A DNA stretch of 64,000 nucleotides, from the NCBI GenBank assembly GCA_963748015.1, contig CAVVHE010000008.1, positions 670,070 to 734,069 of the forward strand, written 5' to 3'. The notes beneath the pieces are model-generated. The model saw only the letters and a list, made by a program, of their open reading frames with translations, searched no databases and had not been told where the DNA came from. Positions 10,036-18,319 of the stretch are shown here, piece after piece; position 1 is the stretch's first letter, and each line of letters starts with the position of its first letter. The translations under genes and the position numbers were made by a program. Source of the DNA: Terriglobia bacterium. GTDB taxonomy: Bacteria; Acidobacteriota; Polarisedimenticolia; Polarisedimenticolales; JAIQFR01.

Positions 10036-11051
10036 GCGGCCCCGAGAAGATCCTCCTGGCCCACGGGTCGGGAGGACGGCTGACCCACGCCCTCGTGCGG
10101 GAGACCTTCCTTCCGGCGTTCGACAATCCGTTCCTCGCGACCCTCTCCGACAGTGCGATCCTGCCCGAGCTGCCGCCGGGGCGCCCCGCCCTGACCACCG
10201 ACGCGTTCGTCGTGGACCCGCCGGTCTTTCCGGGGGGCGACCTCGGCTACCTCTCGATCTGCGGCACGGTCAACGACCTCGCGGTCGCGGGAGCGCGGCC
10301 GCTGTGGCTCACCTTCGCGGTGATCCTCGAGGAGGGTCTCTCGGGCGAGCTGCTCGAGACGTTCGCGCAAGGCGCGGCTCGCGCCGCGGAAGAGGCGGGG
10401 GTCCGGGTCGTGGCCGGCGACACGAAGGTCGTCCCGCAGGGGAAGGGCGACCGCATGTACGCGGTGACGGCGGGTCTCGGCGTGGTTCCCCCGGGCCGGG
10501 AGCTTGGCGACCACCGGATCCGGCCGGGGGACGCCTTGCTGGTCTCCGGAACGCTCGGCGACCACGGCGCGACCGTGATGGCGTGCCGCCATGGGATGGC
10601 GGGGCCGGGCCTCAAGTCCGACTGCGCTCCCATCGCATCTCTCGTCGAGACGCTGCTCGCATCGGGCGCGGACGTCCACGCGATGCACGACCCCACCCGC
10701 GGCGGCGCGGCCGTCACCTGCAACGAGGTGGCCGGGCGGGCCGGCGTGCGCATCGTCCTCGACGAGGCGCGCCTGCCCGTGCGCGGCGAGGTCTCCGCGA
10801 TCTCCGAGATGCTCGGGCTCGACCCGCTCTACCTCGCCTCCGAGGGCCGCGTCCTCGCCTGGGTCGCCGGCCCCGACGCCGATCGCGCGCTCGACGCCCT
10901 CCGTTCCCACCCGCTCGGCCTCGGCGCCGTGCGGATCGGCGAGGTCACCGCCGCCCCGCCCGGGGCCGTCCCCGTCCTCCTCCGCACCCGGATCGGCGGC
11001 GAGCGCCCCGTCGACCTCCTCTCCGGCATGGACCTACCGCGCATCTGCTGA
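10032..11051 (+). CDS. hypE: Hydrogenase maturation protein HypE (carbamoyl dehydratase)
   Basis: TTG start overlaps the hypD stop (TTGA). AIR-synthase-like fold motifs (AHGSGG, GDTKV). Canonical C-terminal PRIC. Confidence 0.95.
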   Translation: MSGPEKILLAHGSGGRLTHALVRETFLPAFDNPFLATLSDSAILPELPPGRPALTTDAFVVDPPVFPGGDLGYLSICGTVNDLAVAGARPLWLTFAVILEEGLSGELLETFAQGAARAAEEAGVRVVAGDTKVVPQGKGDRMYAVTAGLGVVPPGRELGDHRIRPGDALLVSGTLGDHGATVMACRHGMAGPGLKSDCAPIASLVETLLASGADVHAMHDPTRGGAAVTCNEVAGRAGVRIVLDEARLPVRGEVSAISEMLGLDPLYLASEGRVLAWVAGPDADRALDALRSHPLGLGAVRIGEVTAAPPGAVPVLLRTRIGGERPVDLLSGMDLPRIC

Positions 11052-11080
11052 GCCGTCGCGCTCGCGCCGCCCTCGACCCC

Positions 11081-11337
11081 TTCTCGGTCGGGTCCTCGTC
11101 TCGTCCCCTGCCGGATGCGTTCTCGCCAACCCGAAAAAGGGTTGTCTCCGAACGCATCCGGCAGGGGACGAGACGTCCGGCTTCGTTCGAGTTGGTTCCG
11201 GATCCGGACGGAGACACCCCCACGGTCGCAGTACCACGCGCGAGGACGAGGCGGCATGGGTTCGGAGACGGCCCTTTTCCGGGCCGGCGAGAACCCATGC
11301 CGCCTCGTCCTCGCGGCTCGAGTGTCCCGGGTCTCGG
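11081..11337. repeat. Composite (BIME/REPIN-like) of two long covarying hairpin repeats in opposite orientation with a small central palindrome
   Basis: Hairpin 11097-11175 (core TCGCC-AACCC-GAAAAA-GGGTT-GTCTCC inside a ~26-bp outer stem). Palindrome TCCGGATCCGGA. Hairpin 11239-11325 (same core on the other strand, different outer stem). The whole unit recurs at 13594-13857. Confidence 0.85.
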
Positions 11338-11349
11338 TTCGGCTATGCG

Positions 11350-12882
11350 TCAGTGCGACGGCGCGGACGGGAGAGGGGGGAGCGGTTCGCGGGTGTAGCG
11401 GCCGGAGGCGAGGTCGAGGAGCGTGCGGTAGGCGACGCGGGCCTCGGATTCGAGGAGGGCGCCGCTCAGCGTGTCGGGGCGGTCGGACGGGAGGTGCAGG
11501 TGGTCGTAGGCGTGCGTCGCGGCGAAGTAGAGGGTGGGGACACCGGCCTCGCGGAACGGGGTCGCGTCGGCGCCGCCGCCGCCCCAGGTCTCGTCGGTCA
11601 TCGCGACACCAAGGACGCGGGCGCTCTCTCGCGCGAGCTTCCAGAGCGCGGGCGCGTCCTTGCCTCCGCCCGCCTGCACCGCGTCGCCGAAGCCGATGCA
11701 GTCGAGGTTCACCATCGCGACGGTGCGGTCGAGCGGGAAGGGGGGCGAGGCGGCGTACTTGCGGGCGCCGTCGAGGGAGTGCTCCTCGGAGGAGAAGAGG
11801 ACGAACACGACGGTGCGCGGAAGGCGCGGGCCCCGTGCGAGCGCTTCGGCCAGGGCAACGACCGCGGCCGAGCCCGAGGCGTTGTCGTTCGCGCCCGGGT
11901 AGACGACGCGGCCGGCCTGGCTGCCGACGTGGTCGAGATGCGCGCCGACCACGACGAACTCCTCGGCGGCCCCGGAATTCTCGCCGCGAAGGACCCCGAC
12001 GACGTTCATCGCGGGTGCCTCTCTCCGGTACTCTGCCCGGATGTCGAGCCGGGCGGTCGCGCGAAGGGGGAGGGAACCGGGGCGCTTCGCCGTCTCGATC
12101 CCGGACTCGAGGTCCTCGAGCGTGCGCCCGGTGCCGGCGAGCAGGTCCTCCGCGACGGCGGTTCCCACGTGAACGACCGGGAAGAGATCGTCTCTCTCGC
12201 CCTTTCCGTCCAGCAGGCTGCCGATCGGCTTCTGCGCGGGGGCCGGCTTCGGCGCGGACACGAGGAGCAGGCCGACGGCCCCGTGATCCGCGGCGGCTCG
12301 GGCCTTGGCGCGCGGGAGATCCGCCCCGGCCCAGTCCGCCCCGTCGATCTTCCACGACGGGGCGCCCTTGAACACGAGCGCGATCTTTCCCCGAACGTCG
12401 GTGTCGGAGTAGTCGTCGTAGCCACGACCGGGAATCGAGAGCCCCCAGCCTGCGAAGACCACGGGCGCGGCGAGGGTGGCCGAGCCGGTCAGGACGCGGC
12501 AGGCGTAGTCCTCGCCGAGGCGGTACTCGCGGACGCCCGACGCGTTTTCGACCGAGAGGTCGCAGCGCTCGATCCGGCTCGACTCGACGGTGAGATGCTG
12601 GAAGTAGCCGCCGTCCCCGCCGGGCTCGAGGCCCGCCGCGGCGAAGCGGTCGGCGACGTGCCGCGCCGCGCGGTCGTAACCCTCCGTGCCGGGCAGGCGG
12701 CCGTCCATCTCCGGAGAGGCGAGGATCCCGACCGTGCGGAGCAGCTCGGCGCGCGAGAGCGACGGGTCGGCAGCCGGCGCGCTCACGGGTTGCCGGCCGC
12801 CGCAGGCGGAAGCGGCCATCAGCGCGGCGACGGCGGCGACACGCACGACGCGACGGGGGATGCGGGGGCACGGTGAATTCAC
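11350..12882 (-). CDS. M28 family metallopeptidase with PA domain, probable lipoprotein
   Basis: Signal plus lipobox (AASACGG). GAHLDHVG, GANDNASG, SSEEHSLDG, NLDCIG zinc-ligand blocks typical of M28 aminopeptidases. Confidence 0.85.
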   Translation of the reverse strand: MNSPCPRIPRRVVRVAAVAALMAASACGGRQPVSAPAADPSLSRAELLRTVGILASPEMDGRLPGTEGYDRAARHVADRFAAAGLEPGGDGGYFQHLTVESSRIERCDLSVENASGVREYRLGEDYACRVLTGSATLAAPVVFAGWGLSIPGRGYDDYSDTDVRGKIALVFKGAPSWKIDGADWAGADLPRAKARAAADHGAVGLLLVSAPKPAPAQKPIGSLLDGKGERDDLFPVVHVGTAVAEDLLAGTGRTLEDLESGIETAKRPGSLPLRATARLDIRAEYRREAPAMNVVGVLRGENSGAAEEFVVVGAHLDHVGSQAGRVVYPGANDNASGSAAVVALAEALARGPRLPRTVVFVLFSSEEHSLDGARKYAASPPFPLDRTVAMVNLDCIGFGDAVQAGGGKDAPALWKLARESARVLGVAMTDETWGGGGADATPFREAGVPTLYFAATHAYDHLHLPSDRPDTLSGALLESEARVAYRTLLDLASGRYTREPLPPLPSAPSH

Positions 12883-12974
12883 GAGGGGATAGGATGCCCC
12901 GGGGAGCGCTGCTTCCGCAAGCGGCTTGCCTGGCTGGCGCCGATGTGGTTCTTTAGGGGGGCGGAGGAGAGACG

Positions 12975-13478
12975 ATGCCGATCTACGAGTTCTACTGTCG
13001 CGACTGCCACACGGTGTTCAGCTTCCTGTCGCGCGGCGTGAACCCGGGGAAGCGGCCCGCCTGTCCCCGCTGCGGGCTCGCCAATCTGCCGCGCCGCCCT
13101 TCGGCGTTCGCGATCTCGAAGGGGCGCAAGGAGGCCGAGGACGGCGGCGAGGAGGGCCTGCCCGACTTCGACGAGGCCAAGCTCGAGCGCGCCATGTCGT
13201 CCATGGCGGGCGAGATGGAAGGCCTCGACGAGAGCGACCCGCGCCAGGCCGCCCGCCTTGCGCGGAAGCTCTACGAGGCGGCCGGGATCCCGGTCGGGGG
13301 CGGTCTCGAAGAGGCGATCCGGCGCATGGAGGCGGGGGAAGACCCCGAGGCCGTCGAGGCCGAGATGGGCGACGTCCTCGACGCCGACCCCTTCGCGGCC
13401 ACCCCCGAGAAACGCCTCGCGCGCCTCCGCCGCAAGATGCTCCCCGCCGCCGTGGACACGACCCTCTACGAGCTTTGA
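12975..13478 (+). CDS. FmdB-family zinc-ribbon protein
   Basis: MPIYEFYCRDCHTVF...CPRCG (CxxC-x~24-CxxC at the N-terminus), acidic C-terminal tail. Confidence 0.75.
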   Translation: MPIYEFYCRDCHTVFSFLSRGVNPGKRPACPRCGLANLPRRPSAFAISKGRKEAEDGGEEGLPDFDEAKLERAMSSMAGEMEGLDESDPRQAARLARKLYEAAGIPVGGGLEEAIRRMEAGEDPEAVEAEMGDVLDADPFAATPEKRLARLRRKMLPAAVDTTLYEL

Positions 13479-13506
13479 CCTCCGTCCGCAACCGCGTGCC
13501 GGCGCT

Positions 13507-13857
13507 TTCTCGGCCGGGCCCTCGTCTCGTCCCCCGGCCGGATGCGTTCTCGCCAACCCGAAAAAGGGATGTCTCCGAACGCGTTCCGCCGATTTCTCGG
13601 CCAGGTCCTCGTCTCGTCCCACGGCCGGATGCGTTCTCGCCAACCCGAAAAAGGGTTGTCTCCGAACGCATCCGGCCGGGGGACGAGACGTGCGCTTCGT
13701 TCGGGCTGAGTTCCGGATCATCCGGATGGAGACACCCCACGCGGTTGCTGCCACCACACGCGAGGACGAGCCTGCATGGGTTCGTAGACGGCCCTTTTTC
13801 GGGTCGGCGAGAACCCATGCAGGCTCGTCCTCGCGGCCCGAGTGTCCGGGGTACGAC
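13507..13857. repeat. Second copy of the hairpin composite, with an ~87-bp tandem duplication of the left arm plus core
   Basis: Truncated unit 13523-13592, full hairpin 13610-13690, palindrome CCGGATCATCCGG, hairpin 13759-13845. Collinear with 11081-11337, with scattered substitutions that are compensatory in the stems. Confidence 0.85.
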
Positions 13858-13892
13858 GCCGAGACCGAGGACGGCAGGGGGCACGAGGGGAT

Positions 13893-14486
13893 CTAGCGGG
13901 TGCCGGCGGCGGCGGCGGCGCGGCCGGCCTCGAAGGCGTCGAGGTTGACCTTGCGCACCTTGGCCGGAACCAGGGCCCCGATCGCTTCCCGCCAGGCGTC
14001 CTCGCCGAAGTCGAGGTGCCGCGAGAGGGCGCCGATCATCACGACGTTGACCACGCGCACGTTCCCGAGATGCGTCGCGATCTCGAGAGCGGGGACCAGG
14101 TCGAGGCGCGGAAACGTGGCCCGGAGCTTCCCGTCGAGGTCCTCGGGCCACACGGACTGTCCCGTGGTGACGGTGACGGGGCGGATCTCCTGCTCGTTCA
14201 CCACGGCGAAGCCGCCCGGCTTGAGCTCGTGGGAGAACCGCAGCGCCTCGACCTTCTCGAACGACACGAGGAAGTCCGAGGTGCCCGTGGCGATCAGCGG
14301 GGAGGGAACGCGGTCGCCGATCCGGACCTGGCCGACGACGCTCCCGCCGCGCTGGGCCATCCCGTGGACCTCGCTCTTCTTGACGTCCTTCCCGCGGAGT
14401 AGGGCCACCTTGCAGAGGATCTCGCCCGCGAGGAGGATCCCCTGGCCGCCGACGCCCACCAGGGACACGTTGAGGATCGCGCTCAT
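13893..14486 (-). CDS. iorB: Indolepyruvate:ferredoxin oxidoreductase beta subunit (2-oxoacid:Fd oxidoreductase gamma-type)
   Basis: MSAILNVSLVGVGGQGILLAGEIL...VHGMAQRGGSV. ~197 aa. 4-nt overlap with the upstream alpha subunit. Confidence 0.85.
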   Translation of the reverse strand: MSAILNVSLVGVGGQGILLAGEILCKVALLRGKDVKKSEVHGMAQRGGSVVGQVRIGDRVPSPLIATGTSDFLVSFEKVEALRFSHELKPGGFAVVNEQEIRPVTVTTGQSVWPEDLDGKLRATFPRLDLVPALEIATHLGNVRVVNVVMIGALSRHLDFGEDAWREAIGALVPAKVRKVNLDAFEAGRAAAAAGTR

Positions 14487-16267
14487 GACGGCACCTTCTC
14501 GCTGACCGCCTCGAGGCGGCAGACCTGCACGCACATGCCGCAGCCCACGCAGAGCACGTCGTTGATCCGGACCTTGTGCTTCCCGGTCGCCTCGGCGACC
14601 GCGTCGGACGTCTCCATCGCGGGACAGCCGAGGCGGAGGCACGCGCCGCATCCCGAGCACTTGTCCGGCTCGATCTCGTACCGCTCCTCGATCTGGATCC
14701 GCGCCCCCAGGACGCAGGCCCGGCGGCTGACCACGACGGACGGCTCGGGGGTGTCCAGCTCCTCCTTGAGGGCCTGATAGGTCGCCTCGAGGTCGTACGG
14801 GTCCACGACGCGGACCCGCTTGACACCGAGGCCGTGCGCGACGTCCTCGATCTTCGTCTCGGGGGCCTCGGCGCCCATCAGCGTCTTGCCGGTTCCGGGA
14901 TGCTGCTGGTGGCCGGTCATCGCCGTCGTGCGGTTGTCGAGCACCACCACCGTCCCGTGGCTGTTGTTGTAGACCATGTTCAGGAGGCCGGTGATGCCGG
15001 AATGGAAGAAGGTGCTGTCGCCGATCACCGAGGCGATCCGGCCGCGCTGGCCGGCCTTCTCCATCCCGTGCGCGTTCGTCACGCTCGCCCCCATGCAGAC
15101 GATCGTGTCCATCGCGTCCAGCGGGGCGAAGGCGCCGAGCGAGTAGCAGCCGATGTCGCCGGTCACGATCGCGCGCAAACGGTGCAATGCGTAGAACACG
15201 CCGCGATGCGAGCAGCCCGGGCAGAGGACCGGCGGCCGCGCGGGGAGGCCGGACATCGGCGCCGGCAGGGGGGAGGGCTCGCGCCCCGCGACCTCGGCCG
15301 CGAGGTCGGCCAGCCGGTCCGGGTTGAGCTCGCCGATACGGAGCGAGTGCCGGGGCTTCTCGACGCGGATGCCGAGACCGACGATCTGCTCCTCGAGGTA
15401 GGCGTCCCCTTCCTCGACGACGTAGAGCTTCTCGACCGAGGCGGCGAACTCGCGCAGCAGGCGCTCGGGGAGCGGATGGGTCATGCCGAGCTTCAGGATC
15501 GAAGCGCCCGGAAAGGCCTCCCTCGCGTAGCCGTACCCGATGCCCGAGGTCACGATCCCGACCTTGTCGCCGCGCTCGATCTTCTGGAAGGCGCTGCGCT
15601 CCGCGTACTCCGCCAGCCGGTGGAGCTTCTCCTCGAGGCGGACCCTCATCACCTTCGCGTACATCGGCACGGGAATGGTCTTCGAGATGTCCTTCGTGTA
15701 ATTGCGGTCGCCGCGGGGCTTCCGCTCGAACGCGCCGAGGTCCACGACGCCGGAGGAGTGCGAGACGCGGGTCGTCGTCCGGACGAGCACCGGGACCTCG
15801 AACTCCTCGGAGAGATCGAGGGCGGTCCGGACCATGTCGTAGCAGTCCTGGCTGTCGGACGGCTCGAACATCGGCATCTTGCCGAACCGGGCGACGTGCC
15901 GGTTGTCCTGCTCGTTCTGCGAGCTGTGCATGCCGGGGTCGTCGGCCGTCACGACGACCATCCCGCCGTTCGCGCCGATGTAGGCGAAGGTCATGAGCGG
16001 ATCCATCGCGACGTTGAGCCCGACGTGCTTCATCGCGGTGAGGCACCGGGCGCCGGCGAACGAGGCCCCGATGACCACTTCCATCCCGACCTTCTCGTTG
16101 ACCGCCCACTCGCAGTAGATCTCCTTGAACTTCGCGACGTTCTCGAGGATCTCGGTGCTCGGCGTTCCGGGGTAGGCGGAGGCGACCTCGACGCCGCCGG
16201 CGAATGCCGCATGGGCGATGGCCTCGTTGCCGGAGAGGACCTTTCGGCTGGTGGTGGTGTCCGACAT
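14483..16267 (-). CDS. iorA: Indolepyruvate:ferredoxin oxidoreductase alpha subunit
   Basis: Start at MSDTTTSRKVLSGNEAIAHAA. TPP-binding region (GDSTFFHSG). Two C-terminal ferredoxin-type clusters (CSGCGACLRLGCP, CVGCGMCVQVC). The longer ORF to 16405 is not supported. Confidence 0.9.
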   Translation of the reverse strand: MSDTTTSRKVLSGNEAIAHAAFAGGVEVASAYPGTPSTEILENVAKFKEIYCEWAVNEKVGMEVVIGASFAGARCLTAMKHVGLNVAMDPLMTFAYIGANGGMVVVTADDPGMHSSQNEQDNRHVARFGKMPMFEPSDSQDCYDMVRTALDLSEEFEVPVLVRTTTRVSHSSGVVDLGAFERKPRGDRNYTKDISKTIPVPMYAKVMRVRLEEKLHRLAEYAERSAFQKIERGDKVGIVTSGIGYGYAREAFPGASILKLGMTHPLPERLLREFAASVEKLYVVEEGDAYLEEQIVGLGIRVEKPRHSLRIGELNPDRLADLAAEVAGREPSPLPAPMSGLPARPPVLCPGCSHRGVFYALHRLRAIVTGDIGCYSLGAFAPLDAMDTIVCMGASVTNAHGMEKAGQRGRIASVIGDSTFFHSGITGLLNMVYNNSHGTVVVLDNRTTAMTGHQQHPGTGKTLMGAEAPETKIEDVAHGLGVKRVRVVDPYDLEATYQALKEELDTPEPSVVVSRRACVLGARIQIEERYEIEPDKCSGCGACLRLGCPAMETSDAVAEATGKHKVRINDVLCVGCGMCVQVCRLEAVSEKVPS

Positions 16268-16400
16268 GGGCGTTCCTTCATCGGTGGGCCCGGGTGGCCC
16301 CGGGCGGAGTGAGGCCCATCGTAGCAGAGGGTCGGGGGAAGAAACAGGGCGCCGGCGGGCCGCGCGGACGCGGGAAGGGGAGGAGGTGGCGGGAGTGAAG

Positions 16401-16443
16401 AACAAAGAAAACCCCGGGCGCCGGACCGATCCGGCACCCGGGG
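16401..16443 (-). terminator. Rho-independent terminator
   Basis: On the minus strand: CCCCGGGTGCCGGA-TCGG-TCCGGCGCCCGGGG followed by TTTTCTTTGTT, 20 nt downstream of the stop of 16464..16913. Confidence 0.8.
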
Positions 16444-16463
16444 CTCGAAACCGAGGGACCGGA

Positions 16464-16913
16464 CTAGAGCGGTTCGGAGCGGGACTTGGTGAGGCCCTTC
16501 TTCTTGCCCTTGCCCTTGGTCAGCGGGTCCGACGCGGCCGCCGTCGGATCGGAGGCCGCCCGGTTGCCGAGCTCCTGGCCGAAGCTGTTGAGGAAGGCGT
16601 CGACCTGCGAGGGCGTGAAGATCGCCTGGGGATTCTGGGTGGTAACCTTGAGTCCCAGCGCCGACGCGATGGACGCCACCGACCCTTCGGTCAGCGTGTT
16701 GTCGAACCGCAGCTCGGGCAGCGCATATCCCGCGGCGCGGAGCGAGCCCGCCGCAGCGGCAGGATCGGCGGCCTCCAGGTGGTGAACTTTCGCGACGGCC
16801 ACCAGGAACTGCCCGGTCGTCACGTTGTCGGTTGCGGCGAAGGCGGCGGCTCCGGCCGTGAGCACCACCGCCGCGACCAGGATCGAAACGCAGAGTCTCG
16901 GAATTCGATTCAT
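16464..16913 (-). CDS. Small secreted protein of unknown function with Lys-rich C-terminus
   Basis: ATG at 16913 preceded by GGAGATGGAG. Signal peptide MNRIPRLCVSILVAAVVLTAGAAAFA. Tail GKGKKKGLTK. Followed by a strong terminator. Confidence 0.6.
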   Translation of the reverse strand: MNRIPRLCVSILVAAVVLTAGAAAFAATDNVTTGQFLVAVAKVHHLEAADPAAAAGSLRAAGYALPELRFDNTLTEGSVASIASALGLKVTTQNPQAIFTPSQVDAFLNSFGQELGNRAASDPTAAASDPLTKGKGKKKGLTKSRSEPL

Positions 16914-17116
16914 CGCTAGCTCCATCTCCTTCTGGCGAAAACTCGATAGAAAACAGCGCAACGGCCGATCGCCAAGTCGGGAAGATCGCCACACGCTCCC
17001 AGCGGTTCCCCCGAGCCCGGAAATCGGACCGCGCTTCTATTTACGGTCTCCCCGGGATTTCTGCAAGGGCGAGGCGCCGACAAGAGAGCCAGGCCGCGGT
17101 CGGGGCGTCCGCAGGG

Positions 17117-18319
17117 TCACTCCGCCCGGAGAGCCTCCACGGGGTCGAGGGCCGCGGCCCGGCGGGCGGGGAGGACGCCGCTCAGGAGGCCGACCGTGAG
17201 GCTGACGAGGAGCGCCGCGGCCACGAACCGGAAGGGGGTCTCGACGGGGAGACCGGGAAGGGTGCGGCGCAGGACGGCGGCGAGCCCCAGCCCCACCGCC
17301 ACCCCGAGCACACCCCCCGACAGCGAAAGGACGGAGGCCTCGAAGAGGAACATGGCGAGGATCTGGCCGGGCGCGGCGCCGAGGGCCTTCGCGAGGCCGA
17401 TCTCGGCGGTTCGCTCGTTCACCGAGATCCACATCATGGTCAGGATCCCGATGGCACCCACGACGAGCGAGATCGCCCCGATCCCGGCCACGGCGAACCC
17501 GACGATTCCTATGACACGCCCGAGGACGTCGAGCATCTCCGTCTGCGTGACGATGGTGAAGTCCTCCTCGCCGCCGTGCCGGGCCATCAAGGTCTTGCGG
17601 ATCCCCGCGACGACGAAGTCGGCGTCGAGGCGGTTCGAGAAAAGGACGTCGATCTCCACCAGGTCGTCGCGGTTGAAGAGCCGCTGGGCCGAGGCGACCG
17701 GGACGTAGGCGGTGTCGTCGAGATCGAAGCTCAGGAAACGTCCCTTCGGCTCCATGATGCCGATCACCACGAAGCGCCGCCCCCCGATTCGCACGTGCTC
17801 GCCGAGCGCGTTCGCCTCGCCGAAGAGCTCGCGCTTGAGCTTGGGCCCGAGCACCGCGAGGGGGGCCGCCCGCCAGGGGTCTCCGGCCGGCAGGAAGCGG
17901 CCCTGCCGGATCCGGAACTTCCAGACGTCCGGAACGTCCGGCGTGACGCCGTAGACGAACACGCTCCGCCCCCGCTCGCCGGCCTCGACGCGCGCCATCC
18001 CCATCGCGAGGGCGACGTACTTCTCGGCCCCGGGCACGCGCAGGATCTCTCTCGCGTCCCCGAGGGTCAGCTTCCGCACGGTGCCCACGACCGAGCCCGA
18101 GATCCCGGTGGTCTTGATCTTGCCCGGCTGGATCGCGAGCGTGTTCGTCCCGAACTGGGTGAACTCGGCCATGATGTACGCGCGCGCCCCCTCGCCGATG
18201 GACGTCAGCAGGATCACCGAGGCGACGCCGATCAGGATCCCGAGCATCGTGAGGCCCGACCGGAGCCGGTGGGCGACGATCGCTCCCCAGGCGAGACGGA
18301 GGAGGTCCTTCGAAGTCAT
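17117..18319 (-). CDS. ABC transporter permease, MacB/FtsX type
   Basis: N-terminal TM, ~220-aa periplasmic MacB_PCD-like region, and 3 C-terminal TMs (FtsX). Start ATG overlaps the upstream permease stop (ATGA). Confidence 0.85.
   Translation of the reverse strand: MTSKDLLRLAWGAIVAHRLRSGLTMLGILIGVASVILLTSIGEGARAYIMAEFTQFGTNTLAIQPGKIKTTGISGSVVGTVRKLTLGDAREILRVPGAEKYVALAMGMARVEAGERGRSVFVYGVTPDVPDVWKFRIRQGRFLPAGDPWRAAPLAVLGPKLKRELFGEANALGEHVRIGGRRFVVIGIMEPKGRFLSFDLDDTAYVPVASAQRLFNRDDLVEIDVLFSNRLDADFVVAGIRKTLMARHGGEEDFTIVTQTEMLDVLGRVIGIVGFAVAGIGAISLVVGAIGILTMMWISVNERTAEIGLAKALGAAPGQILAMFLFEASVLSLSGGVLGVAVGLGLAAVLRRTLPGLPVETPFRFVAAALLVSLTVGLLSGVLPARRAAALDPVEALRAE

Noticed and set aside
10591-12876. 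Long ORFs 10591..12876 (+) and 10829..12871 (-) across hypE, the repeat composite and the peptidase gene
   Set aside because: They are off-frame or antisense to hypE and the M28 peptidase, read through the hairpin repeats, and have no motifs. Recurrent peptides such as LANPKKGCLRTHPAG come from translating the repeat family.
11081-13857. Possibility that the hairpin repeats are a CRISPR array
   Set aside because: The units are 69-87 nt and occur in both orientations. They are not regularly spaced and are separated by genes rather than by unique spacers of similar length. No cas genes are present.
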